The position numbers and the translations under genes were made by a program. A DNA stretch of 64,000 nucleotides, taken from assembly GCA_905178155.1 (NCBI GenBank), contig CAJINV010000009.1, positions 2,891,373 to 2,955,372 of the forward strand, given 5' to 3'. This DNA comes from Amoebophrya sp. A120. Its lineage: Eukaryota > Protista > Dinoflagellata. Below the pieces are notes generated by a model. That model did no database searches. It worked only from the letters and a program-made list of their open reading frames with translations, and had not been told where the DNA came from. Shown piece by piece: positions 1-11,100 of this stretch (its first letter is position 1; every line of letters begins with the position of its first letter).

Positions 1-2128
1 TTCATTTGAAACGCCGGCTCGTATTCCAGCTCGAAGGTAAGGAAAAAGCGGACGGCAAAGCATTGCAAAGAAAAGGGCCCCCTTCCCAAATTGATGAATC
101 AACACGCATCTTCCTTCCGAAATTCTGCGAGGCGGATTTGTGGCCATAAATCTGCATTGCAAGAAGACAAATCCAGAGAGCAGTCCGCCGGCGTGTCAAT
201 ATACAACTGCAGACGAAGATTTGTAACGCTGTGAGGCCAACAGGCACAGGGCAGACCTCTGCCATAGCCGTGCTAAGTGCCTCCACAAAAAGATCCCTGC
301 CTAAGGCTTAGGTGGATCTGTGCGCAGGAGTCCTGCTCTCATCTCTACTGCAAGACAAACTCGATTTTCTCTTCCGCACGTATATGATCCCGCATCATAG
401 ATTTTGATTTCCATTCTGATATAATGGGGAGGGGGAACCTTTATTCTATATTGGGATAAAAAGACGGCAATCCCCACGTTGCCCAACAGGTAGGGTCGGC
501 TTTCGAAAATTTCTTGTTGCAGCATGGTTGATAGCGTATGCTTTGCAAAAGTATGGCATCGTACTCGTATACCTAAACCTATACATTTACATGCATTACA
601 AATTTCATGAGAATTAAAATCTGTAATGCGGATTTACCTTGAGAAGTACATTTGTAATGCATGATTGCAATTAGAATTACTACCCTACGTACGAGTACGA
701 TACTTTTGCATTGCATATAGGGCGGTCTCGGCCAACAAGTCAAAACCGGCCACCAGCGGGTATCAAATGCAAAAATGTCTGGGTCTGGAAACTTGTGATG
801 CAAGAAAGGGAGTAGTGAACTCACTCTAATGCGCTGCCAAGCATGACAAGTTTTTTCCGTGGTTCTGAGTTGCGTACCCCGCATGAGAAACTGAGTTTTT
901 GCATGACAGGGAGGAGGAGCTCCTCGCGGCCATGCAACACAGAGTTCAGAGTCACGCCAGACAAGCATGACAAATCTCGCAATCTCCCAGACCCAGACAT
1001 TTTTACATTTGATAGCGGGTCTGCGGTCACAACCTGGAAGAGGGAAGAGACGGTGCAGCAAATCAAAACCTGGTTGTAGTAGCCGTAGTATTTCTTCACT
1101 TGCTCGAAGCGGGTCAACGGCTTCTGGCCCGGCTTCTTGCTCTTCTTCTTCGTCTTCTTCGCGCCGTCACTTCGCCTCTTACGTGGGGACGATGAGGTCG
1201 AGGAGGACCTCGATCTTCCTGTATTTTTCGCGGCTTTTGTCGTTGATCCCGGCGGAGGTGATAAGTCCCCGCCGGCGTGGAGGTTTTCAGGTGGATCACC
1301 ACTACCACCATCCCCGGGTCCACCTCCGCGATCAGCGCTGGAAAACAGTATCCAAGAAAAAAACTGTGTTAGTGTAACTTTCTTTGGCTGACAGCATCAC
1401 AAATTTGCTCTACATGACACAGAAAACCTGTCATGCGGGGTTTGTAAGGGAAAACACGCATGAAATGAGGACTGCATGGCTGTCTGGCATGACAGGCGTA
1501 ACATAACTCTGTTGCATGTTCTGCATCACAGATTTACACCTACACAGTTTTTTTCTAGCATAAACAGCATACTGCCTCCATTGCTGTACTTTAACCGCAC
1601 CCAAGGTAGGGCCAACGCAAGACCGCCCGCCACGGTTTTAATAGTACCCTTCGCAGACGTCGCACCGGAGGACCCGCTGAGCTTCACGTGCAAGTCGGTG
1701 GCGCGGATTTTTATCTTTCTGGGCCGCCCGCCCGGTACTGCAGCCTCGATCGCACATCGCGCTCCTTCGGGAGTTGTTTGAGTTTTGGATCGCACCTCAG
1801 GCGGGGCGATGAGATCTCTAGTGGGACGCCGGGCCGACCACGACCACGACCACCTCGTCTCTCTCTCGCGTGGTAGTACGTCGTCGAAAAATAGCAGGCG
1901 CCTCTCCTGCTTTGACGGCAGCGCTACTGCAGTACTTCTGTAGTCCACGATACTGCCGTTGCATTTTTGTCGCGTTTCTTGCGAGAAAGATGTAGTTAAA
2001 AATCGTGGGAAGAAAGACGTACTGCATTGGCTCCTCCTCGTGGCTGTTCTCTCCGGCGCGGCCGGCAGTTCGAACTCTTGCAGTGGCGGCGGTAGCTCAA
2101 CACAGTGCCAGTAGTTGCGCATGATCAT
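1..2128 (-). CDS. Gene 1 (runs off left edge): hypothetical protein split by 4 introners
   Basis: Removing 1349-1562, 761-1014, 537-717 and 61-458 (each +5 nt) joins MIMRNYW...GSMLF/SSADRGG...VTADP/LVAGFDLLAETAL/STMLQQEIF...IAVF/AVRFFLTFELEYEPAFQM in frame. Hydrophobic stretches near the left edge; no family recognised. Confidence 0.75.
61..458. mobile_element. Introner family D (degenerate)
   Basis: Degenerate CCCCTCCCC/GGGGAGGGGG TIRs; TSD caaag/aaaag; frame restored. Confidence 0.7.
537..717. mobile_element. Introner family B
   Basis: TIR TATnnnnTGCAAAAGTAT; TSD tagcg/taggg. Confidence 0.8.
761..1014. mobile_element. Introner family A
   Basis: TIR TATCAAATGCAAAAATGTCTGGGTCTGG; TSD gcggg. 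Confidence 0.92.
1349..1562. mobile_element. Introner family C
   Basis: TIR TATCCAAGAAAAAAACTGTGT; TSD aacag. Confidence 0.92.
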
Positions 2129-3911
2129 GATGCTTTAATCTACTATTTCAATGACCAGATTCCTGTCTCTTTTGATTCATCTCCGACGCATGGATGATGT
2201 AAAGTGGCAAGCCCTTCTTCACACGAGCGGTGCTTTCACTTAGTCGTAGTGAAGATGAAGGTGATAATCACCCAGACTGACGAGGAGACCAGTTGTCCTC
2301 GTGGTCCACGACGTGGTCCTGCTATAATCATAGTCAGCTCGTCGCTCCCAGTCGGCGTGGTCGAAGAGGTCGTGCCTATCTACTATACATCCCCTGCAAA
2401 AACGAGTGCAGTTACTGACTCGAAGTCGAAGCATCGATCAGGGGCTGCGACGAGATGACGAGATCTCCTGCGGTTGTTGACGAGGACAGCACGCACATCA
2501 ATTTTTATCGACTTAGTTTCATCGAATATTTAGTACTCGTCCTGACGCGAACGGCAACTACGCACGGCATGCTGATGAAATTGAAATCATCACTACACAC
2601 ATTCAAAGTCGTGGTCACCGGTATTTTCTATCATCTCGATGAGCAGCCCCGACTTAGCTGCTCTGGCTCCAGCTAGTAGAACTTGCAGCGAGCTCCCCTT
2701 CAACATTCATTGCGACGACGAAAACGTGCGATAGGGCTACAAATAGGTAGTACGGTCACCAGGAAGGTAGCACTTCGTGATCGACATCGAGCTCGAATTT
2801 TTTGTGTAAAAATAGTTGTACATCAACTTCTCATTGTTCTCAACATCGCAAAAGCTACAGCTTTACACGGTTTATACAACCCATCTTTATTTGCTTCTCT
2901 ACTAGCATGCTTAGCACCTCCTTCTTCCGTATCCGTTTTTTTCGCATGACCAGAAAAGGAGAAGTTCTTAGTCGATGCACTTTTTATTTTTCACGACTAC
3001 ATCGAAATAATTTTTTTAAATACAAATCATGAACTTGTTAGCCTTAGCACATAGACAACTTCAACTTCAGATCGAAATAAAAAATCATCATGAGGACCAT
3101 TTGTGATTCGTGGTTTTGAGCAACTTAGGACAAAAAAAGCAAAAGCAGGCGACGCAAAACCGTCGAGCTACGCGTAGCCTACGCTCGCTAGTTCGAGCTG
3201 GTGGATACTCCAGATGACAAGAGTGACAGAAAATTATAGGGCGTATCTTTTATCAAAAATCAGACATCGCCGAGATTCCGATCTTGTCATGGTCTAGTTG
3301 TATGATCTCCACTAAATTGCGTCACTTCTGTCGTGCAGAAACATAGGAGATGAAATCATATAGCAAGTGCTGGAGGAGGTCGTGCTCTTATCATAATTTT
3401 AAGTAATTGACACGTAATATACAAAGATGCAGCATGACACGTCGCATGGTCTGTGATGCAAGAGCCCGCGAGTAGAGAGTGGAGATCTTACTGAAGCTTA
3501 ATTTCGTATGGGTAGCCTTGACTTTCCTTCCCGTACTTCTTCCGCTTCGTGCCACGCACTTCAACACTCTCTCTACGTGGGAGCACCTGCGTTATTTTCC
3601 TTCTTGTTTGTACTGTGGAACATCTCATCAAAGCGCGACCCTGCGCAATTCATTTTTTGATCTTCATCCTTACAATGTCAACACCGGCTGATTAATCGCT
3701 ATCGTAGCGTACCTGTGGTCGTGCCTTGGATATCAACATGTCGTGAAAAAAAAACCTTCATCCAGCTGAAACTATCACTATTGTCGCTTCGCGTGCAGCG
3801 ATATCTTCTATTCGTTGCTATAATAAATTAATGATGAAACTTTCTGTTGTATCAGGTCTTGTTGCCCAAAACTGAAACTGAAACGAGCTGCTTTTTGAAG
3901 ATATCTCCTAG

Positions 3912-4131
3912 TATCAAAGGAAACATGTAGCTGGGTCTGGAAACTTGTTCTACTGCTGAAGCTTGCGTCACAGAGTAGTGCCTTGTGTACGGCATAACAG
4001 TATCAAGGAATAGTTCTGCGCGGCTAGTACTTGCTCAAGAAAAGAAAAAGATTCATTAGTAAAAAACATGACAACGTATACTCAAACTTCGCATCACAAA
4101 TCCAGACCCAGATCGATATTTCCAATGCATA
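3912..4131. mobile_element. Introner family A (degenerate, outside mapped CDS)
   Basis: CTGGGTCTGGA...TCCAGACCCAG TIR cores; flanks cctag/cctcc. Confidence 0.6.
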
Positions 4132-4189
4132 CCTCCTGGCTTGATTCTACAAGATAAAAACAACCTTCGTCCCCGCGCTCCAGAGGAAC

Positions 4190-4513
4190 TATGCATTGCA
4201 AATGTGTCTGGGTGTGGAACAAGATTGCGAGATCTGTATACGCAATTTTTCCCAAGCTGCGCCAAGTTGTCTGGAATGCAGGGCTTGGCAGCCTAGGTTC
4301 ATGTTCATCTAGTACAGTCCTTTAGTATACTGAAATCATGCCTACTAGTCTGCATGCGAAATAATGAGTCCCCTTTCAGCTGCGTGGCCAGAAATGGGCA
4401 CCCTTATTTGCAGATGCAGGTCATGCAATATTACAAAGTTTTGTGTGACCCTCAACCCGCGCCATCACGATAAGTTTGCATTGTTCCAGACCCAAACATA
4501 TTTGCACTGGGTA
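4190..4513. mobile_element. Introner family A (degenerate, outside mapped CDS)
   Basis: TATGCATTGCAAATGTGTCTGGG...TTCCAGACCCAAACATATTTGCA; no clear TSD. Confidence 0.55.
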
Positions 4514-5109
4514 CAGCTTCCATATCGTAAACAGCTCTTCTACAACATAACAGGAGGCGCAATGGCTCTTCTACAACAACTCTGGTTCATACTAAATTCA
4601 AATTCAAATTCTTCAGGTCCACGTACTTGCTGTTCGGAACAATAATCAAATAAAGTGTCGGCCACGAGAACATGAATCGCGAAATAAAAATCAACGTCGT
4701 GACGCAGAGAGCATGAAAAAACTACTTCCCATAGTACCAACATCGTCGAATTACTTTTATCGGACCCAGCTGCGATATGACAGAGACAACATCAGCATTG
4801 TGCCATGCATACTAAATTCGCAAGTAGGTTCTTTCGCTTTGACAATCATATTATGGTAGTTAGGTCAGCTACGAGCTGGATTATCTTTTGCTGCAGATAT
4901 ATTATTTGTTCGTCCTCGGTCTGACAACTGAAAAACTTATGCCCGCATAAGTTGTGCGCCGTCGTCGCGTCCTTCGTGATCCTAGTTGTCGCGGCGGGGC
5001 GCGAAACGTGTGCAACGTGGTTTCTTTTCTACGTTTAGAAAAGCTTCTCTTCTTTTTATTGGGTACATATTGAAATTGATAATTGGTCTATCCAAAAATA
5101 TTAAAATCT

Positions 5110-8100
5110 TTAATCTGATGTATCGCCAACGAGCTTGATGCTGTTCGCGGCGGCCGCTCTATCCGTCGGGTCCAGCCGTGCCACAGCCTGTATCGTAGGG
5201 AAAAATCCCTCCTCCCCATATCGAAAAGGTGCGTCTCAGAAAATTTGCCATGCAGATTTGTGGCGACAAATCGTCTCTGTCATGCAAGGACGCAACTCCA
5301 CAGGCTCCGCCGCATTCTGCAGGCGGTTTGTGATGCTGTTGGCCCTACAGACTAGACGTCTGCCATGCTCAGCGCCTAGCCCAAGACCTCCCTACTCAGA
5401 CTTATTGTAGGCCTGCAGTCCTGTACTGCAAGACAAATCTGATTTGTGTACGCAAATCCAGCATCAGAAATTTCGTTTTGATGTGGGGAGGGGGATTTTT
5501 CATTGCAATAGCCTGCTGCGTGCCTCGCGTCCATCTGCCCGATTCCGTATGCCGGAAAAAAACTATGTCAGTGCAAGCTTTTTAGGCTGATACTAGCATG
5601 AAAAATTTACTCTGCATGACAGAGGAAACCTGCAATGAGCGTGGCTACCTACTACATAAAAACACACATCTATGAAAGGAGGACTTCGTGGCTGTCTGGC
5701 ATGACAAGCGTAATCTATTTTGCATTTTCTGCATCACAGACTTACACTCACACAGTTTTTTTCTTGCATACTCCGGGTCCCTCTTCCAATCGTCGAGCTT
5801 CACGTGAAACCTCTCTTCTTCGGACAAGAGCTGCTTCTCTTTCTACCAATTGCAAAAATGTCTGGGTCTGGAAGAATTCATGTTTGTCATGCTTGTCTGG
5901 CACGACTCTTAAGTCTGTCATGCACGTTACCCAAGAGCTCCGCTTTTCTGTGATGCAGAAGCGCAGTTTGTCATGCAGAATAGGCAACACCGGGGAGCTC
6001 AGACACTCGTCATGCTGAGCCAGCATTTGTAGCCTCATCATGAGACGCCACCCAGCATCACAAGTTTGAGTTTCCAGACCCAGACATTTTTACATTTGAT
6101 ACTTTCAGACTCGGCCCCACTACACCAGCCGCCTGCTGAGGATAGTACTTGTCACCGCCGCCTGAGGGCCAGGCTGTAGCTTCGCCTTCCCCCACCTCCT
6201 GTCGAGTGGTCGGCGAAGATACGAAATCCATGGTGCCCGTCATCTTCACGCGCCGAAGTCGTGCCACAATCGACTCCGCGTCCACAACCCCACTCTCGTT
6301 CGTGTGGGAGTTCTTGCCGTGCTTATTCTGGGTCGTGGTACGCTATCGACGTTGCAAATCAATGTGTCTGGGTCTGGAAAGTTCTTGTGAGACCCATAGT
6401 AGTACATGAGTTGTGTGAGTAACATCAACAAACCGAATCCCCTAGTACGCAGAGACGCACGAGAAAACGTGTGGGTAGTGCGTATTAGTATTACTACTAG
6501 CCTCTTGACGCGGGCGTCCCGGACGCCCGCTGGGCTAGTAGATGTAAAAATAATTCTAAAGACGGGAATGCGTTTAGAAGGTTTGGCTTGGAGTCGAGTA
6601 GAATGCGGCTAGAAGGTTGAAAAGCATAACGCTGCCTGCCCCGAGGAAGATCGTTGCCGCGCCTGCGCTTGCCCTAGCGGCCTCGCCGCTTTAACGCCTT
6701 TTGCGGTCCGGCGTCCAGGACACCGGCCCGCCGTCAGCCCTTTAGCCGCGTTGCCGCGCCTGCGCTTGCCCTAGCGGCATCGCCGCTTTAACGCCTTTTG
6801 CGGTCCGGCGTCCAGGACGCCGGCCCGCCGTCAGCCCTTTAGCCGCACGCGGCAAGCAAAGCGAAGGGGGCCGGTTGCGAAGCTTATTCTGGGGCGGCTT
6901 CGGCGGCCGGCGCAAACAAAACCCCCGCCCCTTGATGGGGATGAGCCTCACACTTCCGGGGGCTTGTTCGCGCGGTTTTGCCTCGCGCCCCCCCGCCCAT
7001 GCCATGCACCAGAAGCCGAGAGGGAGAGGCAAAAGCGTGCCCGGCCGGAACGAAAGAGGTGGCAAAAAGTGACTGCCTGGAAGCTCTTGGCCATCGCTCT
7101 TGCCCGGCTGCCCGATTGGAAAGCGATGGGCAAAAGTGATGGCCAAGAGCTTCCAGGCAGTCACTTTTTGCCACCTCTTTCGTTCCGGCCGGGCAACACT
7201 TTTGCGCGCGCGCCCCCGAAAGTGGTGGCCGCGGAGGTCTTGGCCAACACTTTTGCCCGCGCGGGGGGACAGTGACTGATGGCCGAAAATGACGGCCAGG
7301 CAGGGAGCTCTTGGCCATCACTTTTGCCCGACCGGAAGCAAGGCGATGGCCAAAAGTGATGGCCCGGGCAAGGAGCTCTTGGCCACCACTTTTGCCCGCC
7401 CGGAGCGAAAATGATGGCCAAAGAGTGAAGGTCAATGGTTGTGTGGCCACGGAGCTCCTGGCCACCATTTTTGCCCGACCGGAAATGGATGAGCAGGGAG
7501 CTCTCGGCCATCACTTTTGCCCGACCGGAAAGCGATGGCCAGAAGTGAGGGCCGAGGACTTTTGCATGCCCGGGCGAAAAGCGGCGGCAACGGAACTACT
7601 GGCCATCACTTTTGCCCGACAGGAAAGCGCTGGGCAATAATTGCCCAGGACGGAGCCCTTGGCCACCACTTTTGCCCGCCCGGAAAGTGACGGGCAAAAG
7701 TGATGGCCAAGGAGCGGTCGCGATGGATCGTTTCTCTTTGCCCGGCCGAAAAGTGATGGCCAGGGGGCTTCTGGCCATCACTTTTACCCGACCAGAAAGC
7801 GATGGCAAAAAGTGATGGCCGCGGAGTTCTTGGCCATCGCTCTTGCCCGTCCGACCGGAAAGCGATGGCCAAACTCTCTTTTGCCCGAACGAAAATCGAT
7901 GGCCGCGGAGCTCTTGGCCATCACCTTTGCCCGGCCGCGAAGCGATGGCCACTTTGACGGCCAGGGAGCTCTTGGCCATCACCTGCGCTCGGCCGAAAGG
8001 CGACGCCCAGGGAGCTCTTCGCCATCACTTTTGCCAGCGCTTGAAAATAAAGGGCTTCGCTTCTCGAAGAAAACCTGCTTCAAGCTCGAGGCCCCGCGCT

Positions 8101-11100
8101 GTCGTCAGGATACGCTTCGCGACAGTATCCTGACGATAGCAGGGGGATTCGGACTCGACAAAATGGCTCTCCCATTTTTCCGGTCCGAGTCCCCCTGCTG
8201 TCGTCGGGATACTGTCGCGAAGGGCTCGGGGGTGAGAGTGGTGCGCGCATTTGGGCGGCAAGTTGTGAGAACCACTGCCGCGCCCGAGTCCCCCTGTTGT
8301 CGTCAGGATACTGTCGCGAAGCCTTTCGCGACAGTATCCTGACGACAACAGGGGGGGCTCGAGGTTGGAAATGGTTTTCACGCTTGGGCTGCAAGTTGTG
8401 GAAACCGCTCTCAGGTCCGAGCCCCCCTGTTGTCGTCCGGATGCTGTCGCGAAGGCTTTCGCGACAGCATCCCGACGGCAGCAGGGGGATTCGGACTTGA
8501 GGTCGGTTGTCACAATTTGCCCGCCCAAAGTGATAGCCAGGGAGCTCGTGGCCAGTACTTCAGCCCGAGCGACCCACCGGAAAGCGATGGTTGGCCAGCG
8601 GGCTCTTGGCGAGGACTTTTGCCCGTACGGAAGGCGATGGCCAGGGAGCTCTCGGCCATCACTTTTGCCCGGCCGGGAAGTGAAGGCTCAGGGGCCCCTG
8701 GCCACCACTTTACCCGGCCGGAAAATGGTGGCACCAGAGGAGCTCTTGCCCACCATTTTTGCCCGGCCGGAAAGTCAAAATAGTGACCAAGGGCCCGACC
8801 GGAAAGTGATGCATGGCCCAGGAACTCCTGCCCTTGGCCATCATTTTTGCCCGGCGGGCCGGGAAGTGATGGCCAAAATTGATGGCCAGGCGGGAGCCCT
8901 TAGCCATCATTTTTACCTGCTCGGAAAGTCATGGCCAAGGGGCCCTCGGCCATGACTTATCATGTCCGAGCCAGCGGAAAGTGGTGGCCGACGAGCTCTT
9001 GGCCATCTCTTTTGCCCGACCCACCGGAAGCAAAGCGATGGCCGCCAAAAGTAGTGGCCGAGGAGCTGCTGCTGGGTGGCCATCACCTTGCATGCTTGCC
9101 CGGGCGGAAGGCCATGGATGGCCAAGGAACTCCTGGCCGCCATTTTTGCCCGGAGAGACAGGAAAGAACGGCGGCTCGGCCGGAAAGCGATGGCCCGGGG
9201 GCTCCTGGCCCTCGCTCTTGCCCGGCGGGCCGGAAAGTGATGGTCCCCATACTGCCACGGGATCCGTGGCTTTGCTTTGTTTAAGGTGCTGGCATTCTTT
9301 CACATGCTCGCCAGGGCGTGCAGGATAACATTTTGCACGACGGTACGGGGCACAAATAACGGGAACGCGTTCAATCTGTTACACGAAGCTTCTAGACGAG
9401 ACCTTCTAAGCACATTCGTTTAGAATTATTTTTCTAAGTGCCTCCTATAGATTATAGCAAAGGGGGAGGCAAAGTTCGTTTCACTATTATTATAATTATT
9501 ATCGATTCGCATGAGAAGTTCGCATAAGAAGTCGCAAAGAGGGAGGGGTATTTTTCCCTGACATGAGATATTTCAACGGCATGATGCGAAGCGTTCAGCG
9601 GTGGCGTAAAGAAAAGAGACACTTTTTTTTTGCAATGGAATTCTTATGCATACACTCGAGCGTGCGAAACTGCCAGCGGCGCTGCCTTCGCGCCTGTGCA
9701 GGCCCTGTGGCGGAGTGCTGGACCCGTTCCGAAATGAAGGCGAAATGCCTCCCCATCCCCATATCAAAATGGACATCAATGACGCGCGACGCGTCTCACT
9801 TCGTTTTGCATGCAGTAGAGCGCTGCACGTAGACCCTATCACGCCTTTCTGATGCAGGAGTCTGCTGGTGCGGGCCCTTAGCATGTTGGTAGACGTCTGC
9901 CCTGTAGGCCTTACAGCATCACAAACCGCCCGGATAAGAACGCGGCGGAGGAGTCTCTCGACTTTTCGCGTTCTTGCAAGACAGACAGGATTTTTGTTTT
10001 TCACCACAAATCGAAATCTGCTGCAACTTTTACTTTTCAGAAGGATGCGTTCTTCATAGATGCATATGGGGAGGGGGGATTTTCACTTGCAATAACCCGG
10101 CCTATGAACTGCAAAAGTATCGTACTCGTATAAATGCATTACAAATTTCCTCAGCATGAGAAAGAAAATTTGTAATGCGGATTTGCCTTAAGAAAAAAAT
10201 TTGTAATGCATGATTGCAGTACGATACTTTTGCACAGGATACGCCCGTGGTGACGACGACATAGCCGCGTGGTGGGTGATGATGATCCTTGTCAACATGG
10301 ATGCGGTTGTCCTTGTTATGAAATGCATAAATGTCTGGGTCTGGAAAATTGTGATGCTAAAATGTGCATGATGAAAACACTTCCGAATGCAGTCCGGCAT
10401 GACAACTTCCCAAAACGCTTTCTCATTCTCGTAGGCAATCCGCATGAGAAGCTGCGTTTTTGCATGACAAAAGAGGCTGCGACTTTTGTTGGTTACGCAA
10501 TACAGATTTTCTAGGTATGGAAAGCTAGCATTACAAGTTCCAACCTTCCAGAGGACCCAGACATTTTTACAATCCATACTTGTAATTCTGCAGCAAGTGT
10601 TGCGTGCGCGGACTGGTCTTGGGCGAGTGTTGAGGCGCACCGCCGGCGCTCCTGCTCGACACCGCGCCCGGCGAAGACGGGGGTGTGGCGGCGTCGTGTA
10701 GGCGATTTCTCGGAGACAGAGACGCGGAACGGGAGCGGTCTACCCGAAAGGAGTCACTGACAGCCGCGTCGTCGCCCCACAGCTTGAATATCCTAGTAAA
10801 GCAACAACGTCCCCAACTTACTACCCACAGATGTCATGCAAGAGTCTGCATATGCCTACAAAGTTTCTCCTGCGCAGCCACAACATGACAGGCAATTTCT
10901 ATCGTATGCAGATAGTATCTGGACGAGGGAGTTTGTTGTCATGCTAGAATCAGGATCATATTCATAAGCTAGTCAATTTGTCATGCGGTTTTTCAACAGC
11001 TAAACAGCATTGCACTACGAGCGGAAACATGTCATGCTCGACAGCCAGAACTTGTGGGTTTTTTGTGTAGCAGAAGATTCTTCATCTTGACAGACTAAAG

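Larger units (their letters stand above)
6497..9451 (-). mobile_element. Non-autonomous Helitron-like element 1
   Basis: Minus strand: A|TCTATAGG at 9451; GC hairpin 6510-6530, 9 nt, then CTAG|T at 6500-6497; no TSD; subterminal inverted AAAAATAATTCTAAA at ~6546 and ~9419-9433. Confidence 0.7.
6344..9652. mobile_element. Expanded family A introner (3.3 kb) hosting a Helitron-like insert
   Basis: Left A-type TIR at 6344; degenerate right end ~9640-9652; flanks tacgc/cactc in same codon phase; removal joins ...FARSS to TTTQNKHGKNS in frame. Confidence 0.7.

Noticed and set aside
6742-9328. Overlapping 100-200 aa ORFs in the GC-rich block
   Set aside because: They are translations of palindromic repeat arrays, open in many frames because of high GC.
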